64,000 nt of DNA from Laetmonice hystrix (lineage: Eukaryota), in contig OZ249436.1 of NCBI GenBank assembly GCA_965235115.1, positions 19,656,001 to 19,720,000 on the forward strand. The letters are read 5' to 3'. The notes beneath the pieces are model-generated. The model made no database searches. It was not told the DNA's origin and was given only the letters and a program-made list of their open reading frames with translations. The position numbers and the translations under genes were made by a program. This document shows, in pieces, positions 25,385 to 37,500 of the stretch (position 1 is the first letter of the stretch; the number at the start of each line of letters is the position of its first letter).

Positions 25385-26345
25385 AGACACTGTATTCTAA
25401 CACCAAGGGGGGGGGGGGTTCGTAGAGACGCTGTATTCTAACACTGAGGGAGGGGGGCTTCGTGTGGAAGCAGAGATGTTGTATTCTAACACGAAGGGGG
25501 AGGGGGTCGTGTGAGAGCAGAGATGTTGTATTCTAACACGAAGGGGGAGGGGGTCGTGTGAGAGCAGAGATGTTGTATTCTAACACTGAGGGAGGGGGTC
25601 GTGTGAGAGCAGAGATGTTGTATTCTAACACGAAGGGGGGGGGGCTTCGTGTGAGAGCAGAGATGTTGTATTCTAACACGAAGGGGGAGGGGGTCGTGTG
25701 AGAGCAGAGATGTTGTATTCTAACACTGAGGGAGGGGGCTTCGTGTAGAAGCAGAGATGTTGTATTCTAACACGAAGGGGGGGGGGGGGGGGTCGTGTGA
25801 GAGCAGAGATGTTGTATTCTAACACGAAGGGGGAGGGGGTCGTGTGAGAGCAGAGATGTTGTATTCTAACACGAAGGGGGAGGGGGTCGTGTGAGAGCAG
25901 AGATGTTGTATTCTAACACGAAGGGGGAGGGGGTCGTGTGAGAGCAGAGATGTTGTATTCTAACACGAAGGGGGAGGGGGTCGTGTGAGAGCAGAGACAC
26001 TGTATTCTAACACGAAGGGGGAGGGGGTCGTGTGAGAGCAGAGATGTTGTATTCTAACACGAAGGGGGAGGGGGTCGTGTGAGAGCAGAGATGTTGTATT
26101 CTAACACGAAGGGGGAGGGGGTCGTGTGAGAGCAGAGATGTTGTATTCTAACACGAAGGGGGAGCGGGTCGTGTGAGAGCAGAGACACTGTATTCTAACA
26201 CGAAGGGGGAGGGGGTCGTGTGAGAGCAGAGATGTTGTATTCTAACACAAGGGGGGGGGGTCGTGTGAGAGCAGAGATGTATTCTAACACCAAGGGGGGG
26301 GCGTGTGAGAGCAGAGACGTTCTAACACGAAAGGGGGGCTGTGCT
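25385..26345. repeat. About 47-bp G-rich minisatellite
   Basis: (GAGCAGAGATGTTGTATTCTAACACGAAGGGGGAGGGGGTCGTGTGA)n. Confidence 0.97.
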
Positions 26346-26529
26346 TAGAGAGACAGGCAAGGCGCAGGAAATACTGTCGCATGACACATTGTTTTCCGGA
26401 GGTTTCAGTTTGCTTGTCTCAGAATTCAGTGAAAGTGTTTGCATGCAATGTATCAGCGCAGCAGCAGGACTGTCTCCTAAAGATATGCGAAGGTTCAAAG
26501 GAGGATGTTGACACTCCACCCTGGAGGAC

Positions 26530-26720
26530 AAAGAGATAGAGCGATATAGAGAGACACAGAGAGATAGAGAGACAAAGACACAGACACAGGAAGATACAGA
26601 CATAGACAGACATAGAGAAACACAGAGACCTAGAGACACAGATAGACACAGGGAGATACACTGACATCTATACATAGAGAGTCGCAGAGAGACACGGAGA
26701 GATAGAGAGACACAGAGATG
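26530..26720. repeat. Degenerate GA/GACA microsatellite
   Basis: Low-complexity AGAGAC/AGATAG run. Confidence 0.85.
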
Positions 26721-27488
26721 GTGGAGTGGGGGAAAGAGAGCGAGCTACATGGACTGACTGAGCCTCTCCCTAATCTGGTAGCATGTTAATGAATAAACGT
26801 ACAGCATCACACCCATTTTTTCTCTCATTTCCCGTCGTTCATAATGTAAGGCCTACTTTGGTTACTACATGTACTGTCTAAATGTCCGCCTTGGTAGAGA
26901 AGGTCCAAATAGTATCTTAAGGTTATTACTTATTTAGATTTTAAATGTGTGGTTGGAATCGTGCTCTTACTCATGTATGGCTTTTCCAAAACATATATCG
27001 ACCCCCCCCCCCGCCCCCCACTAAAAACTTTGGACAGAGTGCCCACATGGACCCAACCTAAATCCACCACTCAGTCTCCTTTCATGAAACTCACGCACAC
27101 TCACATGACAACATGTTACTAATGATAACACGTACGTTTATTGATGCCTTCCTGTGCTGATGTTTTAAGTCGTTGTATTTAAGCTCCAGGAATGTACAGA
27201 TCGGTGTATGGAAGTACAATTGGAGCTGGCACGATCAAAAACATCATGCATCAAAACATTACACTGCCAAACAGACGATAACAACCAACTGGATTGACGC
27301 AATGAAAGTCCAACAGCAACAGCAATACTGTTTTCTTAAACACTTCTTTGCAGGAAATCTTTCTTTGCAGGAATGTCAGCCTTATATAATCTTTTCTATC
27401 AGGGTTCTAAGTAAACAGGCTCGTAGACTCAGCGCCTTTTAGATCAACACTTTTTGGTGATGAATTTGGCAAGACAGAGGTTCCTCGG

Positions 27489-28588
27489 CTGACGGTGTAG
27501 ACCCTACCCCTCCCCCGGGGACGGTGTAGACCCTACTCTCCCCAGGTGACAGTGTAGACCCTACCCCTCCCCCGGGGACGGTGTAGACCCTACCCCTCCC
27601 CCGGGGACGGTGTAGACCCTACTCTCCGCAGGTGACAGTGTAGACCCTACCCCTCCCCCGGGGACGGTGTAGACCCTACCCCTCCCCCGGGGACGGTGTA
27701 GACCCTACTCTCCCCAGGTGACGGTGTAGACCCTACCCCTCCCCCGGTGACGGTGTAGACCCTACCCCTCCCCCGGTGACGGTGTAGACCCTACCCCTCC
27801 CCCGGGGACGGTGTAGACCCTACCCCCTCCCCCGGGGACGGTGTAGACCCTACCCCTCCCCCGGGGACGGTGTAGACCCTACCCCTCCCCCGGTGACGGT
27901 GTAGACACTCCCCCGGGGACGGTGTAGACCCTACCCCTCCCCCGGTGACGGTGTAGACACTCCCCCGGGGACGGTGTAGACCCTACCCCTCCCCCGGTGA
28001 CGGTGTAGACACTCCCCCAGGGATGGTGTAGACACTCCCCCGGTGACGGTGTAGACCCTACCCCTCCCCCGGTGACGGTGTAGACACTCCCCCAGGGATG
28101 GTGTAGACACTCCCCCGGTGACGGTGTAGACCGTACCCTATCCCGGTGACAGTGTAGACCCTACCCTTCCACCGGTGACGGTGTACACACTCCCCCGGTG
28201 ACGGTGTAGACCCTACCCTATCCCGGTGACGGTGTAGACCCTCCCCCGGGGACGGTGTAGACCCTACCCTTCCCCCGGGGACGGTGTAGACCCTACCCTT
28301 CCCCCGGGGACGGTGTAGACACTCCCCCGGTGACGGTGTAGACCCTACCCTATCCCGGTGACGGTGTAGACCCTCCCCCGGGGACGGTGTAGACACTCCC
28401 CCGGTGACGGTGTAAACCCTACCCTTCCCCCGGGGACGGTGTAGACACTCCCCCGGTGACGGTGTAGACCCTACCCTTCCCCCGGGGACAGTGTAGACAC
28501 TCCCCCGGTGACGGTGTAGACCCTACCCTTCCCCCGGGGACGGTGTAGACACTCCCCCGGTGACGGTGTAGACACTACCCTCCCCCGT
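27489..28588. repeat. 22/29-bp C-rich minisatellite overlapping the SYT15-like stop codon and 3' UTR
   Basis: (GACGGTGTAGACCCTACCCCTCCCCCGGG)n and shorter (GACGGTGTAGACACTCCCCCGGT) units. Confidence 0.97.
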
Positions 28589-31500
28589 TAAGGATTGTAT
28601 GGTGAGGGATGGCGCCGACAACCTGTGCCAGGCAGACACAGGATGGCGCATGTTGGCCAGCATGTTCTCCCAGTGAGCCAGTTGATGGTGTTGAGCGTAC
28701 AGGTGTGACCCCAGCGTGACCCTGCCGTGTTCCCGACCGGGCAAACCTCTCCCGTCAGACGACGACTTCAGATACACTATGACACGCACACTGGAAACAA
28801 AACAACAATTTCTACTCTTTCTCTTCAACAAACAAATATATGTCCGTCAATTCTTACTGCAATCGTATTAAGTCAGCTTCAGTAGGCTTGACCCACCGCT
28901 CCTTACACTTTAGCTTTAGTAGACCCACTACCCCTTACACCTTAGCTTCAGTAGACCCACTACCCCTGATTACACCTTAGCTTTCGTAGACCCACTACCC
29001 CTGATTACACCTTAGCTTTCGTAGACCCACTACCCCTGATTACACCTTAGCTTTAGTAGACCCACTACCCCTGATTACACCTTAGCTTTAGTAGACCCAC
29101 TACCCCTTACACCTTAGCTTCAGTAGACCCACTACCCCTGATTACACCTTAGCTTTCGTAGACCCACTACCCCTGATTACACCTTAGCTTTAGTAGACCC
29201 ACTACCCCTGATTACACCTTAGCTTTAGTAGACCCACTACCCCTGATTACACCTTAGCTTTCGTAGACCCACTACCCCTGATTACACCTTAGCTTTCGTA
29301 GACCCACTACCCCTTACACCTTAGCTTTAGTAGACCCACTACCCCTTACACCTTAGCTTCAGTAGACCCCTCCCCTCTTGGAGTTTTAGTTTCAGGAGAC
29401 CCATGACACATTGAACTTAATTTAGTTGTAAGTTAATCAGATTCCTTAACATAAAGATACAAGCATGCATGGCTAGCATATCCACGGTCTCTGTTTCTAT
29501 ATATAGCATCCGTGATCTCTTCACATACCAATCAGTTATCACAACCTCACTAGGCCTACTGTCCGCATAATTATACAAATGTTGCTGATACGTGGTTACT
29601 GGGGGATCCAGGGGGGCCTAAGGGGCCCGGCCCTCCCTTAAATTTTCCTCCCCCTTTTTTAAGCAGATACATTATTCGAACCCTGAAACCAGGATTCCAA
29701 CAAAATTCTTAAAAAGAGCGTCCTATATAATTGTACGTGATAGTAACATCGGGCCCAAAAGGACCTCCTCAGTCATCCAGGAGCAACATAACTCTGGGCG
29801 ATGCAGCATTTTTTAGGTGCCCCCCCTTATCAAAATCCTGGATCCCCCACTGGTGGTGGATACGGAATAAAACCTGTCACCTTGCAGAATCCAGAGATGT
29901 GGCGGGAACAGTGAATGTAAACTGTTCTGAGAATCCCCAGCGTCCCTCAGCTGTGACGTCATAGAGGACAGTCGTTTTCTTGCTTGACACAGTCCGACCC
30001 AACCGTTGTAACGACACCTTGACGTATATTCCTGGATTCCAGGGCAGATTAAACAGGGTTTTCATCAAAAAATAATCACTGCTTTTTAAACTTAAAAATA
30101 CTGATTAAAAAACAAGCTGCATTTAGGTGCCAAATTGTCAGTACATTTGACCTACTAAGTCTAATATTATATGGCATCAAGATTTAAGCTCTATTTCCTG
30201 GCCGATGTTGTCAGTGCCTCGTTTAACAGGCCTGATTATGATTCTGTTAGAAGGCACTGAGTCAACACGCTAGGGAATCGTGTAATCGGGTCGAAATACC
30301 GTCATCATTGACCAGTTTTATAATCGAGCCACAGGTTGAAAATATTGTAGTTAAATAAACTGTCACTTGTCTATACCCTGGTGATAAAAAGATGATATCA
30401 GGGGTGCGTTCAGTAGTAAGTAGGCTCACAAAACCTTACGTAACGTTCCATAATATTTACGAACGCTATAATGTTCTGAACGTATCCTGGGTCTACCACA
30501 CGTGTCACTGGTGACAGAGTGGGGACTCATCACCTTCAGTTTCTCCGAGTATAAAAGCCGGGATATCTCGCAGGTGGTCGACGGATACTCTCAGTTCCTC
30601 GGCCGCTGGCTTGAAGGTCAAGGTGAGATGAATGTCCCCCATCTGTGTCAGACCCTGTGGAGTGGAAGCAATAGGAACTAATGTTATAAATACGTTCATG
30701 GTTCGGCCAGGCTATGCGAAGGGATTCCACCTTTGATGACTTAGGGGTGTTGAAGATCTACCCGGGCATTATGAATGAATTCTATCTTGAGCAAAAAGAG
30801 ATAGAGCTCTTACAAATGCAATTGTTGTAACAAATGTATGGCCTCAAGGCCATGTTGTCCGTCAGAAATTGTACGTTTTTTTCTGTTGCTTGTAATATAA
30901 CTACAAGAGTTGACATTTTAATTATAGATTATTGGGGCGGCTCCCGACTGCCTTGTGAGAGCCTATACCCGGAGGGTCACGTGAATACAAACTACATGTC
31001 ACTTCCAGAAGGAGGTTTGGCTCGAAACGATCAGTCATTCTCTTTAGAGTTCTTTTCTAATATTTAAATATATTTTCTTGTGTCATCATCCTGCTTCACA
31101 TGTAATTTTTTTAAAGGTTATTGAAAGAGACTGTTTGTATTATATTAGCAGGCACGGCACTACCGTGTTACTGGTTATTCCTTACATAACCAGAAAAAAT
31201 ACATTGCGGGTCCTCGACTGAGGTTTTGAAGGGATACCAGTCATTGTGCCTTACTCGGTGAAGGGTATGTCAAAGCGCTGTATTCTATCTTGTATTGTTA
31301 TTTGCAGAATTTTCAGTATTGTAAAACAAGCTTTATGTAGGTTAGTGAAGAGTCTAAACCTTGCACCCGTTCGGCCCTGCGCAGCTCACTATGAAACTGG
31401 ATATTCCCATACAAAGGGTATGCGCATTAGTTGAGTGTGCTCTTTCTGGCGTGTGTTGTACCACTGTCAGATGATACACGGAGATTGAGGAGTACAAGAA

Positions 31501-34500
31501 CAGGAGAACGTCAATTGTCATCATGTTTTTGATGTCTTTGTCCCCTTACAATTCAATAATTCACCGAGTTTCACATAGTAGACATGATTAAAACTGCACG
31601 ACTTTCCCTACATTTTCATCAGCCCAGAGGCCTGGACATTTCTTGCGATCACGTCGAGTGTACAGTTCTGTATATTTAATCATGTAAGTATATAATTTGT
31701 TTGTTTATGTGTTCTTTTTTTCTTTCTTTCCATCCTTCCTTCTTTCCTTCCTTTCTGCCTTCCTTCTTGCCTGCCTGCCTGCCTGCCCTCCTTCCTTCGA
31801 CAACGAACAATGAATCTTATACGACCCGCAACGCAGTGGCTATACAGGCAAGGTGTGCTTCTGCTAATGAAGACTGAAGTTGGTGCCCCTTCTCTCCGTC
31901 GCCACGCCTACAAGATGTAACGCGATGACCCGCCAGAGAATCCGACATGTCGTAATTCTGGCGACTTGACAACGCCACGATGGTGGAGGCCTACACGAGA
32001 CTATTCGTTGAACGTAGTGTTCATAACGTTTTGTAACGTTACGTGCTACTGAACACACCCCGTGTGTTTATAGAAACGTCTAGGCCTAAGTGTTTCGCGG
32101 TCGGTTCAGACTCGTTCATCATTCAGACAGACCAGAGATGTGTCTTGTTTCTAGTAATACACACTCCGGATTTCAATAGCCTATTAAAGTATATTCAGCA
32201 GGTCAGCGAAGCCAAACAAAAGGCGACCGTGAGCTGTTCGGAGCCCGAAGATATATTTACTTTCGATGCACTACTCTAAAAGGGGCCGTGACCGAGTGCG
32301 TCGAAGGAAAGAGCGAGCGTTTTGCCACGAGCCTACATTGTTAATGCGTGCAGTTGTTCGGAAGCTCAGAAAATGTACCATATAATACATTGACGAATTA
32401 TAAATTATTATGTCTAAATAGAGCGCGTAGGGGTCTACAACTTACCATGGTTCTATTTGACGAGAGCCTTGTAAGAGGCAAGCAGACGACAGATATGCTC
32501 AGTTTCAAAACTGCCCAATATCATGGTGATCAAATCAATGGAATAATTAAAGGTTCTCCTAGCATTTAGATATTCTTGTCGGATGAACTTAAATATCTGC
32601 CAGTACCATTCAGGAGGGGGGGGGGGGATACGGTGGTCCGTATGGAACGCGTATGAGTGACCCCCTGACCTGACCTAGAAATCCCCGACTGGAACAGCCG
32701 AACATTGCCGAACTCGAATCGTGGCTGCTCGCAGACTGTCAGACTGGTGCAGACTGTCAGAATATGATGCCACACAAACATCTAAATCTTCGGAGAAATC
32801 ATCTGCATCCGCTATGTTGAACGGAAGTATAGGCTTACCTAGTCGGAAACACCAGAAGTATTTCGAATCATTCCGAAATTGGCCAACCTCTGCATTATGG
32901 GAGATATTGCGCCGGAACATGTATTATAAATTACGCTAGGCTGTTCCAACAGCAGGCCCACCCCCACAGTCTGCCACCACTTTTTGAGCACCGTGTAGAA
33001 AAAAGGAGACTCTCTTCCTCAAATTAGAAATGATCTAAGCGCATATAATAAACACGTAACGGGATGCGGAAACTCGATCCCTGGCGCATGAATACGGCAC
33101 TCCATCTTCGGTGTCGTGCCGTATTCATGCGCCAGGAATCTCGTTCCATACTTTCCCCCAGTGAAGGACCCTCATCCCGTTATGTGTTTATAATTATGGA
33201 GTAGGGATTCCCCCGGCGATATGTTACGACAATGAGATCGTTCTCATCTTAGTACGATTGTTAACTAATGTCTCTTACCTTGTATTGCGCACATGGTTCT
33301 AGGTCTGCCCACTGCACGTATCTTTGCGCTGTCTCAAGGTCAGAGAGGTCAACAAACACGTGACCTAAGGTGTGACGTACCCGGCGTCTGTCTACGTCAT
33401 ACACTGACATGCGCACAACACGGTTCGAGAAGTCCTGTGGTGTAACCTACAAAAACATGAAACGATGAAGTGTGGCGTATCAAAATCAAGCGTTACTTCA
33501 AAAGACAGCTCGTCATTAAATACAACCAAAATGGTCACAGTCGGCCAAAGTAGGCCGTATGCTACTCCACTGTGCTATTTATAGACGCTAGCTCCTACGT
33601 TACAGCATATAGGACTGTCCTAGTTGTCAAATTCATGTATTTGAAATTGCAACCGATTTGAAAGTAGTTTCATTCTGATGAGCTCCAAATTGAAAGGTGG
33701 GCGAGGGGCGCAACTGATGCTCCCATTTTTTAAGTGAAGGAATCATGGCCCCCCTGTAGGGGCCTACGTCACTTTTCCTATGCCCACAGAACCCCCACAC
33801 TTACGTAAAAGACGAACGATTCATTAAAGGTCGGGTCGAGGGTTTTGCGGACAGTTCTCGATTGTTGTCGATTTTTCTCGTCTGGAAGGAGACACACGAC
33901 GACATACGGGTCTCGTAACGCTCGGTGCTCACTCCCTGGAACAGAAGATTATAATATTAACACGGATTATTTATTCAATGAATATCATCAGGGAATTTTC
34001 TCAAAGGACGTCTTTACTTTTATTATTGACCTGCATTTATAATAAACATTTATTTGGTGTTTTTATATATACATGTATTTATTTTAAAGCTATAGGAAGA
34101 GCAGGTCTAATGTATCCCTTCCCTGTTTACTTGTGTGTATATATTTTTTATTTTTTTACCAAATCTGTTGCTCAGCATGCAAGTTTTACCTTTTAGATGT
34201 TTAACCCGGATGAGATTGACGACCAGTTGACACCGTGTTGGAATGTAGTCGAGGGAGTACCGGAGACATCCTGACGTCGGTACGTCACGTTTGTCGTCAT
34301 AACTGTCGTCCGACTCGTACGCTGAGCTGTAAACCATTCAAACTACCATCATTCACACTTCAGTCAGAGCTCTGCCCATTTCTCATGAGGACAGATTCAT
34401 TGAAATTTTCACATTTCAAGAAGTAGTAGGACAAAATTTAACTTAGAACGACCAAGATGTGATTCTACCTTGCGTGATTGAATCTAGCCGAGCGATTACC

Positions 34501-37500
34501 GATTCCGCGTGCTTCGTCATTCCGAGAAAGCGGCCAATCGCGTCCGTTAGAGTAAACCCAATTCTATCAGTTAACGCTGGACTTGTCTAAGCATTACTTG
34601 CGGCTGGCAAGTTCGTGCAGAAACATTTTCTGTTCGATGAAGCCTCACAGTGTGTTGCATCACGTACGTGATTATCATTTGCAGTTGAGCGCTTTCCTTT
34701 CGATTTTGATTTCATTCGGATCTACTGATGGCTATGTAGGTTGTTGTAATCATATTACCTGCTACCATAGTTCGTTATTTCCTGCAGTCACGGAAATCAC
34801 GTTATTCAAACACAGCAGGGAAGTAGTAATCGGGCACTGGGGCCACGAATCCATCACTTTAAAATGGAACATTGATTTAAAAAAAACGGAGAGCAAAGTA
34901 TCATTTGCTCCCCTCCTCACTTTTCACTCTGAACTAGAAAATAAAAACAGCCTTTTAAATACCAGTATCTCTGCTGTGGTATTTTGTAACCAGCCTTTAA
35001 ATATACCAGTATCTCTACCCTGGTATTTTGTAACCAGCCTTTAAATACCAGTATCTCTACCCTGGTATTTTGTAACCAGCCTTTAAATACCAGTATCTCT
35101 GCTCTGGTATGTTGTAGCCAGCCTTTAAATACCAGTATCTGCTCTGGTATTTTGTAACCAGCCTTTAAATACCAGTATCTCTTTTCTGGTATTTTGTAAC
35201 CAGCCTTTAAATACCAGTATCTCTGCTCTGGTATTTAAATGCCAGTATCTCTGCTCTGGTAAATACCAGTATCTCTGCTCTAGTTACCCGCGGTAGAGGT
35301 CATGCATTACCAGATTATCTGGACAGTACCAGCCTACATGATGTATAGCTGAACTTTTCATGCCATCCACTGAAAAGAGCGAGTGCTATATTGGGAATGT
35401 TTCCAGGGAAATTTCCCCCTCCCCAGGTTCAGTGTGACTTCCCGCTCGATTTTAGGGCCAGTTTACTCCGACCCTATTTTGATGGCCTGCCTACGCACCT
35501 GCAAAGGTCCTTTTTACGAGAAAGACGAGTTTATTAATCGTTGGGCCATATACATCGACTACGCAAACTTCAACTTAAATTTGACAAGAAGAGATTGAAA
35601 AAAAAAAATCATTTGTGATGTTTAGAACCAATGCCATAGTGATTGCCTACAACGGAAACTGAAACCATTGTGGTCATATATAGATACAGGCAATAAAGAA
35701 AGAGGGTTCTTATCAAACGTTCTCCCGAGTTCCGCACCGAATGCAATCAGTGGATTTCTTGATGCACTTCATTGTTTTGATCGTGTAGAGATCTCCGGGG
35801 GCGATAGCGAGGCTCGGCCGACGATCTCTACGCCAGCACACAACTCGCGACGAATCCAATCTCAGTATCGTCAAACTTAGGCAATCCAATAAAGGTGTAA
35901 TTCGACCATATGGCTGCGAGTACTCTTGTAATGAGTCTGTCAACCTTTTCACCCCTCAAAGTGTTCTTCGCGCCATCTGGTTGATTAATGGGACTGTTTC
36001 ACACACCCCTGTTGACATATAACTGTCATGGACGTCAAGGAGGGCGTTTATCAGGGACGCATCTCAACTAAAACGAGGCTCAAGAACGTCGGGGAGACAC
36101 GTCCAGTCGACTGAACGCCCGTCGTAACAATTCCACAAGTAGCAGACGAACAATGGCAGCGTTTCATCTTTATCTCCCTCTCCTGCCCACACCAATCATG
36201 ACCCAATATGGCGGGCTTTATCATGACCACCCGACCGGCCAGCGCCCCCTTTGAATCACGTCCGTTCTGATTGGAGCTTCAATTCGCAGAGACGTGGGAC
36301 AATAACGCATCCGTCTGTATCTCCACTTTAGTGCACGGCTTATTTGGTCGACGACCAAGGGTGTGCGCGCCCCGACATTTCTGACTGACCTGACAGGGCT
36401 GGGATGTAGGAGTCCGACGCTAGGAAAGACGTCACCCCTGAGGCAGCTGCTTCAAGTGGAGCTGTGTAGAGATTACTGTGAAGGCCCACACAGAAAGATG
36501 TTTATGAAATTCTTCAAGCGCTTTAGTGACATGTGACTGTCTTGTAGTTAAGACAATAAGGTGCACGACTTGTGAAGTCCAGCATAACGTTGTATATTGA
36601 CCATGGACCCATTTAACATTGTTCAAAATAATTCCGTTCACTTAAGACCTTTTATTTGAACCAAAGTCGAGTTTTCCTAGCTTGGATAAGACACCATTGT
36701 TCATTGATGCAAAATGCCAGCTAAATTATTTTTTCCCCTTTAACCCATGTGCACTGCAAGGGGCGTTTTCCCTTTTCATTTTAACGGCCCTTTAAGAAGT
36801 CTGGTGAGATCACCAAGTGATCCGATGAAAATCACTCTGCGTTCGGCAACTAAAGCCGTAAAGTGATGTCCAGGGTTGTGTTAGATTACGGTCGACGTTT
36901 TGTAGTCTGTGTCCGACCCAACCAGAGCTTGGATAAGAAACAATTCGATCAATGACTTACAATGACTGTTGAAGTGTTCTAGATACAGTGTTAACACTTG
37001 GGTGTGTGTGTCTACTCACAATATCTGTGACAGTATGGACAGGGTGGAGCAGAGACAGACTGTACAGTACCTCTGAGAAAGGAGACATAGGGATAACTAT
37101 CCCAGGGACAGGACCTACTTTGGGCCCAAATTTAAAGAAAAAATCATTATCTGACAAGAAAGGGCCCAGAATTTATAGATTTGCCGGGAAACTCGTTCTG
37201 TCTCAGAGGGACCTAAAACTGTAGAGACTACATAAGGTATCTGCCTAGTTGCAATCTATTAGCCTACGGTCCAACATGAACTATTAACAATAATGTTAAT
37301 TTGTCTTTCATTTATAAAGTACTTATATATATACAAAATATTTCTTAAAAAGAACTTGCATGATTTATGATAATATCCAAGGGGATGGTAAGAATCATTT
37401 AAAAGGTATGACCTTACATAGAGTCAGACCACTTGGTGGTATCACTTAAATATAAAGACACACCACTTGGTGGTATCATTTAAATATTAAGTCACACCAC

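Noticed and set aside
33670..33700. CTGATGAG...GAAA hammerhead core
   Set aside because: No stem II or flanking helices can be formed.
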